Translations under genes and position numbers: made by a program
Notes under the pieces: generated by a model
What the model was told of the DNA's origin: nothing
The model's database searches: none
What the model saw: only the letters and a program-made list of their open reading frames with translations
In this document: positions 38,701 to 53,398 of the stretch, piece by piece
Numbering within the stretch: position 1 is the stretch's first letter
Layout of the letters: each line of letters opens with the position of its first letter
Source: Octopus bimaculoides
Lineage: Eukaryota
DNA length: 56,442 nucleotides
Direction: 5' to 3'
Assembly (NCBI RefSeq): GCF_001194135.2
Contig: NC_068982.1
Coordinates: 158,404,307 to 158,460,748, forward strand

Positions 38701-41405
38701 ATTGGTTTGCTGACATCATGCGGCTACTAATCAATCAATCTTGTTCAACACTGTTTTAAATTCGCCAGACCAAACAAAGAAACGAAAACCCAACAAATCT
38801 AATGTAAGTCAGCCAGATTTCAAAGCTAACGCTATCGACCACTTCTGAATAACTGCTACATAAACCGACAATCATGGACACCAACTGACAAACAGGGTAT
38901 AGCTCCAAGTTTCTCCGCATTACACTACACGCGAAATAAAAAAATATGTGAAACCAATAATGTAATTCTAAATAAATGTTCCTTATGTGCATCTTAAAAT
39001 AATTTTCCAAACAATCGCTTGAAAATAAAAACCTATTCTGGTATGTATGTATGTATGTAGGTATGTATGTACGTATGTACGTATGTACGTATGTATGTAC
39101 GTATGTATGTATGTATGTGTTATTGTTCAGTTTTATTTCAAGATTTTTTTGCCAATAGAAAAAGAGCCGGTTTCTAACCTAGATTCAAGGTTCCTTCGAT
39201 GGGATTTCAACATCAACACCAAAGTATTTTTGTTTGTTTGTATGTAATGTATATCTACAGATTTCAATGTTTTGCTTTATGTATGTATGTATTCTCATGC
39301 ATATAGTTGCATATCTAGACATGCTCATAAATAGGATCTGTATGCATGCTTGTATGTATACACGTTACGTTGAATCTTCACTGTACACCGTTATATAATA
39401 AAAAGTAGTTGCAACGGTATCCACAGCTTCTAAGCGTTTCTTTAATAATCTTTATCATCACGATCACAACATTCTGATGAAGGATAACCTGAAACTAAGT
39501 ATTTATTTGCGAATATTTTTCCACTTTAGTCTGATTTAATAGTACATGTGTGTGCGAGTACTCACTCACACACACACACACACACACATACACATGCATA
39601 AACAACGAGTAGTATTTTGTCATATAAAACTCTCATTTAACATTTTTATTAAGCACTACCTTCATTCTTCAGTTTATTAGTGTGCAGTTTAGAAGCTGTC
39701 ATCTACATGTAATTTGAGCATTGCTAGGAGCATACCATGTGACAAACGGAAATTTATAACACTTTTTTGATTAGAACACAGGACTTAACTAGACAATTCG
39801 ATATACTCTCTCGTGGCTACATAGTAATACGTTGTTTATGATCTATACTGTTCCTATATTTTGGCATCATTTCGTATAACCTTTCTGGTTCTACCTTTTG
39901 ATATTTCAGTGCATTGTATCGTCATATTATGCTGTGTTCTATGTCGTTTACTGCACTAGGTTTATCATAATACAAAGGTGAAATATCTAATGTACCCCCC
40001 CTTTTTTTTAATGTAATGCCTGAAAATGTGTTGTACTCCAGTGTGGGACGTCTTTGAATTAATACTTTGCTAAATGAAGTTGATACGGTGCAACAACACG
40101 AGGAGAATCAGTCAAATAATATTTCATCACACACACATATACTCATGATAGAAAGGATATCTGACTGATTTTCTTTTTTGCTTTCTAGCCCTTTGTTATC
40201 ATGAAGAAGTATACAATTTGTTCAAAGCTATTTCAGTCTTGAGACTTTATATTTCAATTTATATCATGTTACTTTAATTTATGTGCAACCTGTATTTTAA
40301 GAGCGTATGCTCTGTAAAGGGGTCTATTTTCCCGTTATTTTAAAAGTCGTATCTCCAATCAGAGGCTCTATCGTTATCTTGGTATGTTTTTTGATTGAAA
40401 TATGACATTTGATCATGTAACTAATTAAACTGCAGTAGGTAAAATTACTAGCTATAGTTTCGTGAGTATCTTCCCTGTAGGATATGGTTTTCAAAATCTG
40501 TTTCATGTAAAATATTTTTCGAAGCGTATTTTTGTAGTCTCGGCATAATGGCATCATTACAGGCGTTTTGCATATTTCTAATGAAGTCAAGAAATGATAT
40601 ATTTTTTACACAGCGTAATACTTTACACTCAGGTCTCTAACTGAGGTAGATGGAAGCATCCTTTTTAAGTGGAGTTAGGTCAAGATATCGATCCCTGTTA
40701 CTAATCGGCTCATAGGTAATTGTTCGATGAAGAATCACTGAGGAATTTGTATGGGATTTGAATTTGAATCATATAAGTGCAACTAAATATCTGAAAATAT
40801 GTTCTCCATGACTAGCAATTATGCCAAAGACGACTCAGATTGTGATTAAATATTGATATATGACATTGTAGCAAAGGCATAAATTTGTAGCAGGTTAAAC
40901 TTGATTGCATCTGCACCAGCAGGTGACTGATACCTTATTTTATCTCCACCGAAATGTTTAAAGAAAATATTTTTGGCCTTGGTATTTAAAAAGATGTTGA
41001 GTCATTACCTCAAGGCGTTTTTCTTCTCTATAAGGATTCTGCTATTTCACTAAATGTCTTTGGGATTTATATTAATACATAGTTGTTAATGAAACATAGT
41101 ATATTTCTTCACAGTATGGCTATAAATATTCCCTATATTTATCGATACCGTTCTGCATGCTCAATTGTGTAATGTACCCTTGCACTGTGCTTGAAACTTG
41201 TAGATAACTTATAACTTCAACGTTTCTATAATATGATATATTGCATTCTGGACATTTTTTTTTTTTCGAAGTAATGTATCTCGCCGATTAATTCCTTAAA
41301 ATATGCATTCATTGTAAATATGTTGCAGCTAATTATATAAACGTACTTATACACACGCATGTCGGAATACAGGCACAGTAACGTCTCCCATCACACACAT
41401 ACATA

Positions 41406-41760
41406 TACTCTTTTACTATTTTACTTACTTCAGTCATTTGACTGCGGCCATGCTGGAGCACCGCCTTTTAGTCGAGCAAATCGACCCCAGGACTTATTCT
41501 TTAGAAGCCTAGTACTTATTCTATCGGTCTCTTTTGCCGAACCGCTAAGTTACGGAGACATAAACGCACCAGCATACACACATAAACACACAAACACATA
41601 CACACATACATATATATATACATATATACGACGGGCTTCTTTCAGTTTCCGTCTACCAAATCCATTCACAAGGCTTTGGTCGGCCCGAGGCTATAGTAGA
41701 AGACACTTGCCCAAGATGCCACGCAGTGGGACTGAACCCGGGACCATGTGGTTGGTAAGC
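41406..41760 (-). mobile_element. tRNA-derived SINE, family B (inverted; 5' head truncated)
   Basis: Reverse complement of the 19165 and 45118 copies. Confidence 0.85.
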
Positions 41761-44700
41761 AATGAATGTATACCCTGAATCATAAGGAAAGAAGTCTGAA
41801 GAACTACATATTATAGTATATTATAGCAGAGAGCTAGAAGTCTAATGTAGCCTGCTGGAAAGACATTTCTGGAGGTAGATATATTAGTCCAATATTTCAC
41901 GATTGGCTTTCTCAGTCAAACAAAGCATTTGAATTCTAGTATCCATAGCTCAAATCTTTCTGGGGAAGAACACTCGGATTTAGTCTGCTGCCGTGCTTAT
42001 TTAGAGTACCTTTCCTCATATTTTCCGGAATCTACTACCTTGATCTTAGACACTATAAATAAATTGTTCATGTACGTTTATATATTTTGCATGTATTTGG
42101 TTTTATAAGCCTTTAGTATAGCTTTAGTTCTTTATCATGTGCGTCTTATTCAATACATATATTCATGAGTAGTCTTATTATTCTTTACATACAGAGTATG
42201 TGCGTGTATACTTACATACATATATATATGCATACACACACACACACACATATATATATGTATGTATATATGTATGTATATATATATATACATGTATATA
42301 TATGTATAAATATANNNNNNNNNNNNNNNNNNNNNNNNNNNNNNNNNNNNNNNNNNNNNNNNNNNNNNNNNNNNNNNNNNNNNNNNNNNNNNNNNNNNNN
42401 NNNNNNNNNNNNNNTATATAAATGTATCTAAGTATACACGCACATACGCGGTATGTAAAGAAGAATGAGACTACTTATTCTATTATGTAGAGTAAGAAAT
42501 CGATTAAGGTAAGAGAAACGCACATGAAATATCGGGAAAAGACAAACGGTAGTTTATTATAGAGAAGAAAATTCATAAATAGAAAACACGCTTTTGCCGT
42601 AGGAAGAGTTAATTGTGGCATTTGAAATAAGGCGTACACATCATTATTAATTTTCTCCGACAAAAAACTTTCCTTGTGGATACAAACAATAGATACAGAA
42701 ATAAATAATAAATAACTAATGAAGAAAAAAGTAGGTTGGTGTCTGCGCAAAGGAAATATATTTCAGAAGAAGACCAAACACATTACAACGTTTGTTGGAA
42801 TTTATTTATGTATTTAACACAGTATGAGATCACATTTATTTAGAAGTGTGTGATTCATCTTCACCCGCTGTGAAGCCTAACTAAACATATTTTAACTGTT
42901 GAATGTACGCCATAACTGCAAACGCGGCTCGTATTAAGTTATACGTCAGTATAAGTGTGGCGATTCTTATAGTAAGTGATGTTTTTTAAGAAATCAGAAA
43001 GAAAACAAGTTGTTTCCGAAACCTTGTATATAATAGCATATAATCAGGGTTAGATTTTATTTTGCACTCTGATACATACATACATACATACATACATACA
43101 TGCCTTATGGTATCATTCAGTCAACACTTGATAAACTACAGCAGCAAAAATAAATATTGTATGAGTGGGCAGTGAACTCAAGAAATACGCTGTTCCTGAT
43201 GAACTCCTATACTACTCCAAAACAGCTGGGCTCATTTATCTCAGAGAAGATCAGGGTGGAAAGCACTCAGCATGCCAAAAAAACCGTGCATGGGTATCTT
43301 GCTTGGAAGCTTGAAGAAGACAGTAGAATTGACACACATCCATACCGTCGCCGAAATTTTGCCGACTTTTTTCTCGGCTCATTTCCAGAGATTGTAGGAA
43401 GTTGGTGAACGGGAATCTCCGAATCACACAGATGCCCTGTTTTGAAAGGCTAGTTCGAGTATATTTTTGAGCGTCTAAGATATGTGTGCATGTTTGTGAA
43501 GAATTTTGATACGATTTCCGATTAATGTATAAGGCATGTCTATATAGAAAGTATAAATGTACATAAGAATGAACCATTTGAAGTAATATACTTGAATGGT
43601 GAGCATTTTCTTGGAAATCGGATAATTGAAATATCTGTTCAAGTGATAATACCAAGTGACATATTTTTCAATGAAAATGGAAATTAAACTTTAATTAATC
43701 ATCAAAGAATCAATTCATATTAGGTAAGGCACCATACTATATATAAGTATTGGCCATATCACAAAACATGTATTCACTTGAGATTATTCTAAATAGCGGG
43801 CATAGTCATAATTTTGTTCAGTTGTAAAACAATAAAAGTGAATGAGAAAATAAATGATTTTGCTTATCGAAATAAACTACTAAAAATATAAGCTTTTGAT
43901 TGTTTGAATTATCTACCAGGAAGAGAATAATGATGCAATGGGTATAATAATAGCTACTTTCGAAGAGTACCGTGGTTGGTCATTTCGTGAATAAGATAAT
44001 AATTGTATAATCACGCACAGACTCACAAACAAACATACGCACACATACACACGCACACATACAAACGCAGAAAGACACAGACATATGTAGAAGATTAAAT
44101 TCATCATAGTAATGGAATATATCACGGAAGCATAAACAAGAAAATTGAGACAGCACTTTGAATGAGACAATGTTTTAAGTACTACAAGTATTCAACTAGA
44201 AAATATTTCGTGGAAGCAATGAACACTGAAGTTAAATTTGCTGCATAATAGTTTCTCTATTTTGTATCGGCCACAATAACTATGAATGGGTATAAATCAT
44301 TAGCATATTGGTGACGCAGCCACAGCCACTCGAAATTATATAAACAGCGAATGTTATTGTATGGAGATCTGAAAAAAATTGAATTACAATGGCTTTTCAT
44401 TGATATATCACATGTCAGGAGACAGTTCCATATATATCGAAGTAAGTGAACGCGTTATTGACAGGAAAGTAGTTATATTCCAGGTTTGATTAGAATTAGG
44501 GGTCAGTTTAAGTTTGCAACTGATTTATATTCACAATATACATGAATAAATATTTCAGAAAAAGGTATGAAAGTTATCAATTTGCATGCAGTAGTATTAG
44601 ATATACAAGAGGATATATACCTAATATGTATACATATGTATACATAAAACAAAACAATGTGTATTTGTAAAGCAACATGTTTGGTGAGTAGAGCTAGTGA

Positions 44701-45117
44701 AATCTTTCTGGTGAAGCTATTATAAATTTGTATTCATAAATCTCAACGTAAAATATATGCTATAAGATGACAAATATATGCGTTATAATAAAGATGCCAG
44801 CGCTAAGTTTACACGAATGCAACTGAGACTGTGTAATACGTTTATCCACTAATAAAGGGAAAACCCATCCCATGCATGTTTTCACGATGCGTGAGCAGGG
44901 GAGACGAAACGAGATGACTGTATGGCGACGCATTAGAGCCATGCATATATGAGATAAGGTCCTTAAACTTGACGGCTGCTAAAACTTCATTGTAATCAAG
45001 AAATTCTGCGTCAAAAACATAGTTATTCAGATATAGTACAGTTATGTGAAAGATATGATAATTGAGAGGTCGGGTATTGTAGTCGTTTTTACGTTTCAAA
45101 ATATTCTCTACTCAAAT

Positions 45118-45528
45118 AGGTGCAGGAGTGGCTATGTGGTAAGTAGCTTGCTTAACAACCACATGGTTCCGGATTCAGTCTCACTGCGTGGCACCTTGGG
45201 CAAGTGTTTTCTACTATAGCTTCAGGCCGACCAAAGCCTTGTGCGTGGATTTGGTAGACGGAAACTGAAAGAAGGCCGTCGTATATATGTATATATGTAT
45301 GTGCGTGTGTATATGTTTGCGTGTCTGTGTTTGTCCCCTCCCCAACATTGCTTGACAACCGATGCTGGTGTGTTTATGTCCTCGTAACTTAGCGGTTCGG
45401 CAAAAGAGTCCGATAAAATAAGTACTAGGCTTACAAAGAATAAGTCTCGGGGTCGATTTTCTCGACTAAAGGCGGCGCTGTAGCATGTCCGCAGTCAAAT
45501 GACTGCAATATGTAAAAGAGTAGAAGAG
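45118..45528 (+). mobile_element. tRNA-derived SINE, family B (full length)
   Basis: Aligns end to end with 19165-19654. Confidence 0.85.
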
Positions 45529-46077
45529 TAAATAGTGGGGGAAAATACGGCCGTTTAAACATTTGGCAATCGAGGAACGTTCCATGCCATTACTTCTAAA
45601 CGTGCGTCTATGACTCAATAGATATCGGTAACTAATGATCCGAAATTTATTAAACTATTGGCGAACACTTATTTCTATCGCCCTTTTCTTTTGTCAATAT
45701 CGCAGTTGCCACACGTATACAATGCTTATCTCTATTCACTTGAAAGTTATATTATATTTTCCCTCTATGCTCACATTTTCTCAGTTCGTCTTTGTCTCAT
45801 CGCGAAAATGATTTCAAGTCTTACATTCTATATCCGTTTATTCATGATTTTCATTTCAGCTTTATATACCCGCTCCCTATATATATTGAGTTATTATATC
45901 TATTATATCTAGATACGGAAGTTTTGAGATGAATGATGTTGAGGTATTCGAACCCTCGAAATCAATTTGGATAAAATTGGATAAAATGATGGCAGATGAA
46001 ATGAGTATAACTGTCTTTTAGTTAGCTGTGGTTTACGTCCTTCACCGCTATTTTGATATACGTACGTGTGTGCGAGC

Positions 46078-46086
46078 GAGAGAGAG

Positions 46087-46153
<67 letters not shown>
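46078..46153. repeat. (GA)n microsatellite
   Basis: Directly visible. Confidence 0.95.
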
Positions 46154-46158
<5 letters not shown>

Positions 46159-46611
46159 AAGGCAATTATTCAGTTGCGTAATTTTCTAATTGTAATCCAG
46201 TGTTATTAAAAAATATTTAGTTAAATTCGATAGTGAAAACCCTGTAGGGTTTTCAGAACAGTACAAGGTCGGAAGGTATTGATACATCATGCAATGAAGC
46301 ATCAATCTGCAGTTTTCACCAGTCAGTGATATGCTTGGAGCATTTTCTGCTCCCACATCACATTTATGCATTTCATTTTGCTATTTCATATTGGAGAGGG
46401 GTTCCTATTATACGTAGTCTTTATTGATGGATGTAGTTTGTCTTCATTAGACGATTATGAGTTGTGAAGTGCAAAAATATATAAATATAATGGATTTTAC
46501 AGAGATTGCCAAAGCTTATTCAGTAATATTTTCAAAGATAAGAAATATTTTTGGCACAAAATTGCCATAATTCAATGCAACAGCTTATATGTATGCATGT
46601 ATGTATGTATG

Positions 46612-46642
<31 letters not shown>

Positions 46643-47035
46643 CCAGACAGAATAACTGAAGAAAAAAGCAAACACTGATGTAGAAATGCTGTTGGCATAT
46701 ACACAAGTTTCTTCAATATAATAAAAGCTGGAGGAGAGAGGAGATAGACAGTTTTTTCTGTCGACACCAGATTTCGTCTGCTTCTCACAAAATAGAATAT
46801 TTTGCAGAACATGGAAGAGTATCACAAAATAAAGCAAATCCCTTAAAGTTATGGCAAAATCCTTGCTAGAATTAATATCAGTTCACTGTAAAACGCGCTC
46901 GGTATGTCAATATTAATGTGCAATTATTCTGAAATATATTATATACAAACATAATAACATATTTAGATATACAGTGATTCTTATGAATAGGCAACAATTC
47001 AAATATATTTCTACATATGTCCGCGGGCATGTATA

Positions 47036-47092
<57 letters not shown>

Positions 47093-47224
47093 GCATACCA
47101 ACGTACCTACCTACCTACCAACATACATACATACATATGTGTGTGTGTTCCTGCAGGCAAAAAAAAAAAAAGAATGCTTTGCGTTCCATAGATAATGTTT
47201 ACGGAAGTCCAACATGTATAGTTG

Positions 47225-47661
47225 TAAACAAACGAACGGAAAAAAGACACAGAAAGTAAATTAGATGTACTGACGAAGGGAAAACAAACACAGAAGTTCA
47301 CCAACTCCTCGTCATGTAACGGCCAGGTTGTCATATCATTTGTTGTATATGTATTATTATTATTTTTTGTTACCTTCATCTGGCCCTAAGGCTATATGGT
47401 TATGTCTATTTCCGTATTTCTTGTTCATACATTGTCTTGTTTTGTTTTGTTATATTTTGGTCGCTTTCAAAGCAGGTTTTCTTCCTGGTTGCCTCCAGAG
47501 TTGAAGCAATTTTATTAATAATGACACAAAATTGCTGTTGACACCCCGGTCATAGCTGATGAAAAGTTGGTGACCTTCTTTGTTTCTTTTCCATTCGTGG
47601 GTGCATTTAGTATATGCTTTTTAACTTGACGTTTTATGTCTTTTTCCCGTTCATTTGTTTA
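47225..47661. repeat. Diverged inverted repeat (~110-120-bp arms, ~205-bp spacer)
   Basis: taaacaaacgaacggaaaaaagacac...gaagttcaccaactcctcgtca versus the reverse complement of ...tgatgaaaagttggtgaccttc...tgtctttttcccgttcatttgttta. Confidence 0.65.
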
Positions 47662-48264
47662 TTGCTAAACGTGTGTGACTTTTGAATACACACTCACACA
47701 TATATTTATACTCACGCATACGCAGGCACACACGCACACACAAATGAATGCATGACTGTATAAATGTACGTATGTGTAAATGTATGTGTAAATGTACGTA
47801 TGTATAAATGTACGTGTGTGTGTATGTATGTATGTATGTATATATTATATATATANNNNNNNNNNNNNNNNNNNNNNNNNNNNNNNNNNNNNNNNNNNNN
47901 NNNNNNNNNNNNNNNNNNNNNNNNNNNNNNNNNNNNNNNNNNNNNNNNNNNNNNNNNNNNNNNNNNNNNNNNNNNNNNNNNNNNNNNNNNNNNNNNNNNN
48001 NNNNNNNNNNNNNNNNNNNNNNNNNNCCGAGTGATGAATAAATGTAGAAAGTGTGTGAAACATCGAAGTTCAACTTTTAGAGAATTTTCAAAGTCTATGT
48101 GTACGTCACCTCATTGCTTTTGGTCAGAATTTACAATCTTAGATTTGAATTATTATGCGGAAGCACGTATTAACTGATATCAAAAGATAATAAAACCAAA
48201 ATGTTCAAGTGGTTAAAGTTTTCATCAGTAAGAAGTTTTATTCGTTAATACTACATAATATTTT

Positions 48265-48450
48265 GGGTGGCGACCCGGAAGAAGCGTTAGCTCACCCGTC
48301 TTCATGTTCTGAGTCCAAATTCCACCGAGGTCAACTTTGCTTTCCATCCTTTCGTGTTCGATAAAATAAGTACTAGTTGAGCGCTGGGGTCAACGTAATC
48401 AACTTAGCCCTCCCCTGAAACCTAGGCTTTGTGCCAAATTTTGAAATCAA
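48265..48450 (+). mobile_element. SINE family A (diverged)
   Basis: ttctgagtccaaattccaccgaggtcaactttgc...taagtactagttgagcgctggggtcaacgtaatc. Confidence 0.7.
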
Positions 48451-48514
48451 TATTGAATCAGGAATTTTTATTAATGCATGCGTTGAAATAAAATTTTCTT
48501 ATACGTGGTACATT

Positions 48515-48683
48515 AGGAGATGCTGAAAAATTTCTGGCTTTAAAGGTATCGCGAAAAACTTGCTTGGAGGCCCAATCTTCCGAGTTTCTTTTTACGGAAC
48601 TAAGAAAAACTGAAGGAGAATATATTCAATAAAATCCTCCCCTATTTTCCTTTTTGAAAACCAGGAACTTTTCAGCACCTCCT
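48515..48683. mobile_element. Mariner-like MITE (~170 bp)
   Basis: Terminal inverted repeats AGGAGATGCTGAAAAATTTCTGG and CCAGGAACTTTTCAGCACCTCCT. Confidence 0.65.
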
Positions 48684-49324
48684 CTTACTGTTTCCAAGTT
48701 ACAGATAAACCTGGGAAATTTGTATTTCTGGTAATCGTTTTAAGATAGTCGACGGACAGATTAGAGCTCAAAATGCTTTCATACATTTGAAAATTGTATC
48801 CATCTTGATGTATTCCTAGATAGGAATATTTCAATTCCATTCTAGTAATTGAGAAGAAAATCGCTACTTTTGGGATATATGCAACTCTGATCCCCAAAAG
48901 AAAGTATCTCAAACCTATTAAGAACTCTCAGAATCAAATCTCTGAAATTATTGGCTCAAAGCACGGATTTCATTGGATAGAACACGCAATGGGAGTTCTT
49001 GATAGAAGATTGTTACCAAGATCGTCGAAAATCGTATCAATCTTAGAGGTGAAAGAGATTAACCTGTCATGTTTTATTTAATCAAATCCATACTGAATCA
49101 GAGAAGATTTTAGCTGTTAGCTAAAGGACGGCCTATAAAATAACGCGATAACTTTTAATTTTCAATAGGTTTTCGTTAAGTTATTTAATTTTAAATCAAC
49201 ATTTAATTTTATAATGAGGGCTGTAAAGGCATAGAATCGTACTCAACATATATACATATACAGATACATACATACATTCATGCATATATGTGTATGTCCA
49301 TGTGTGTATATATCCAAACACTTC

Positions 49325-49557
<233 letters not shown>

Positions 49558-49873
49558 ATAATTTTCCATTAAGAGTGCCTTGAAAATTTCCTCTTTTGAA
49601 ACTGAATAGGCGTTATTTGTCATATATGCTCGTCAGAATTTAAAACACACATACGCAACTCAAAGAAAATAATTAATTAAAAAAATTAATTGATAAAACT
49701 TTGTCTTAGATATATATGTCGGATCCGATAGGTTTTGTGGCTAATCTCACGTGATTGACAATATAAGCTAACAGATGACATGAATGCACGCTCACATAAA
49801 CATAAGCGTCATAACCGGTCCTAAGCGCTGAGTAATATATCAATCCACAATCTCAACTGCTGCTTTATATTAA

Positions 49874-50008
49874 CCCTTTGAGCCCTGATCTCCTGAAACT
49901 TATTTGACTATATACCTGACTCCCAGATGCACTTCATCGGTAGAGCGGTGCTACGGTATAGTGAAAAATAAGCCATCCACCGGTGAACTGGTGTTACGGC
50001 TCAAAGGG
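49874..50008. mobile_element. piggyBac-like MITE (135 bp)
   Basis: TTAA|CCCTTTGAGCC ... GGCTCAAAGGG|TAAA: 11-bp CCC...GGG TIRs, with one intact and one mutated TTAA target site. Confidence 0.65.
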
Positions 50009-53000
50009 TAAATGTGTGCTAGTATATTAGCATAAGTTATCATTACATTATTTTCATCGCCTAGCATTTACCGAGTTCAAAATCTCGCGCTGGTCAAGTT
50101 TGCTTTTCATCCATATAAGATTGGTAACATAAATAAATACCAGTTGACTATTGATGTTGATGTAAACGTGTACTCAATACTAGAATAGCATATGAAAGAC
50201 ATGTAAATAGACTAGACTTTTGTACCATTTGGACTCGAAGCGCGGAGAGCCAGAATAAAACCTGCCAGGCATTATGCGCAACAGTCAATCTGGAGATAGA
50301 GATCTACGTAGCAAATAATTGTACATCAATGATTTGATTTTATAGAAAATATGCTACTGTCCACGACATATGATACGACAACATCAATACGACACAAATA
50401 TCGTGAGTGCTGTATTGGAATATTCAGGAATATAGTAGACCGTATGTGAAACTATGAAAAATGAAGTTTATTATCTTTGCATATTAAGGGAAATTATGTA
50501 TTTTTGATGTTTCGTAACTAAGTATTTATTTAGTTTTAATATTATTTTATGGATCGATAAGGATGGCTGGAAGTGCCCCCAGATTAAATCTCAGTTGCTC
50601 CGATGCAAGTGAGTTCGATGCCGTTTATGCATTAATTGAGGAAGTGCAATTATGCAAAAGATGTGATCCTGGAGGAAGACTTAAAGAGTGATGATCCGGA
50701 GAAAATTGTTTGGGAAATTTAGTTAAGGAAGTCGTTTGAATTGACGGTTATTATATGGTTCACGATGAGATGAAAGACGAGTAAATGGAGTGAGCAAGCA
50801 TGGTGATATATGCTCAGTTAGTTTCGATAGCAACAGTAGAAAATGCAGAGGAAGAAGACAGCACATCCATCAGATTGGTGTGCATTAGTGTTAATGTTCC
50901 GCCATGAATATTTTATTTTCGTCGTTTAAACGTTTACGAGTTCAAATCTCACAGCGTAACCTAATGTGGTCAGTAAATGAATGTCTGTCAAATCCTGGGA
51001 TCGATATAATCAACTAGTCTAAACTAGATGTTATATTGAGCCTAGGTTATAAATGAATATTTTCAAATAGTTTTTCTCTTATTCGGACATATTGACCTGA
51101 ATTATTAAGCCAGAGCTGACAATGCATGTTGTAACGATAATGATGGTGTGGATCACGATGATATTGATGGAAGTGATGATATACAAGTTGGTGAGGATAA
51201 CGATTCTAACATTTAATAGACGCTGCCTTTATTTTTTTCAGGAATAATTTTAGAAAAATATAATACTTTATGGCACTTTTTTAAAGAAATATATTTATTT
51301 ACACTCGCTTTATATGTAAATCGGTCAATTATAACAAAAAGGTTACTTTAGAACAGTATATATTTTATCTAATGCAACCTTTATTATTGATTTATAAACA
51401 TGAAGGTTGAAAAGCAGTCTAAAACGTCAAGTGGCACTTGAAAAAAAAAAATCAGAGTATCTTGCTGCTGCAATATCATTTACGAAGGCAAAAACGTAGC
51501 AATCCCATTGTTAAACAAATTTTGTGTGAATGGGTATAAATATATAAAGGAATTATTCACATCACAAGTGGTAATTTTATTTTTGTAAAACCCAGAGAAT
51601 AAATATCTAAAGTATTCTGATACACCTTTCTCTTTGTGGTTACATTTATTATCAGAAAGGTCGATCCGACGTTTGACAGTAGGGTTAAATTAAGAATTCA
51701 ACCATTCATTTGAAGAAAGTCAAAAAGTCATGCATTATCGTAGTTTTTGATCATACACCCTCAAAGCAAAATCGATACTCTCAGAAACGCGTACGCAACG
51801 CATTCAATAGCACACATAGGAGATTATACACATAAAATCAGTTCGTAAAGGTTTACAATAAAGAAAAGAAGCTTACATATAAAAGACAACATGCACTCAT
51901 TACATATCTGAACGCATAAAGATGAGCCTCGAGCATGATACAATATACAACAAAGAGAAAATTCAGATGAAGATAGAACAGTGTTGACAAGAGGCTTATG
52001 GCGGTATGTAATACAATGGATACGTTAAGATGATAAATATACATGTATTGATATTATACCACTAAAAGTAAAAACAATGTCACTGCTAATAATGCTATTT
52101 TGTATAATGCAATAAGAAGGCTAATAAACAATTTAGATTATAGGGTCGCATGAAACAATAGAAGATAGGAGTAACTTATGTATTCATGTTATATTATTAA
52201 GTGACATGTACATCTTACGTAACAAAGGAAATTGAGCTGATTTATAAAAGAATCTCTATTGTTTGATAATACTTTCAATCGGTTTGATCTTCGATCGACA
52301 TCCGATGTCTTATTTTTGGATATGTACGTCGTATCGGACAGGATAGTCACTGGCTTTGATTGGATTCAGTGCAATGCAAATAACTTGGACTAAGACAACC
52401 GATGAAGAATGGAAATTAAACCAACCGAAACACAGGATACATATAAATATTAAACATGAATATTTCATCTCTAAATACGAGTTAACCTATATAATCATAT
52501 ATTTTTTACCAATAACTCATCTGAAAAACTTAGACAACCTTTAATACTCACACACATACACGAACATCCATTCGTATATATGACTATGTATATATATGCA
52601 TGTGCGTGTTTGTATGCGATTACACATATACCTACACATAAATATAAATATTTATAAGCACATTTTATATGTAAACATAATTTTGTATATGTGTGTGTTT
52701 GTAAACAGACTTGGTGCAATTATTAGCGCTACAGTCTTTTATATGAATAACCAATATATGAACAGGATATTTCATTTAACTTCGTCGACTTCTAACTGCA
52801 CAGTATAGGCTCGGTAAGAGGGTTACATACCATGGTACATTGCAAGATAATGAAATCCTTGCATTGTTTATAGGAAAACTGTTCAAAATAGAACGCTATT
52901 TATCTCAGAAATAAGTATCTTGCTACGGTTCATTGCAGTGGCAAATTAACAGAGCGAGATAGGATGCTACGCAGCATGTCTTTTCTCTTCTTAGTGTTTT

Positions 53001-53365
53001 GAGTTCAAATCCTGAAGACACCAATATTGCTGTTTATCTTTCCGAGGTCGATTTAAAGTACAAATTTAGAGCGGTAGATTAGTGGGACACTAAGGCTGTT
53101 TTTCGGTTAAAACCCCACACTGACTGACTTAAGTGGTAGATTTAACACATCGGTCAGTATAATACAACAAGGTGGCATGTTTGGTGATTTTAGAAAATTT
53201 CAATCTGTTATAAGCATTTGGGTCAGATTTGCATCCTATACATTCCATCGTCCCAAAACATCGGTTGCTTTAGAAAGAATCGCGTGGAAATTACCTTCCT
53301 TACTGACTGAGAAATACAACAAATACATCAAACACAACACTGATTATACATCTGTAGGACTGCTG

Positions 53366-53398
<33 letters not shown>

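Noticed and set aside
5555-47575. Other CTGA(T/A)GA heptamers (e.g. ~5557 +, ~22870 -, ~28187 +, ~41795 +)
   Set aside because: No helix II followed by GAAA at the right spacing, so not hammerhead-like.
50563-50725. Acidic short ORF reminiscent of a piggyBac transposase N-terminus
   Set aside because: Composition-only similarity; frameshifted; no catalytic motifs nearby.
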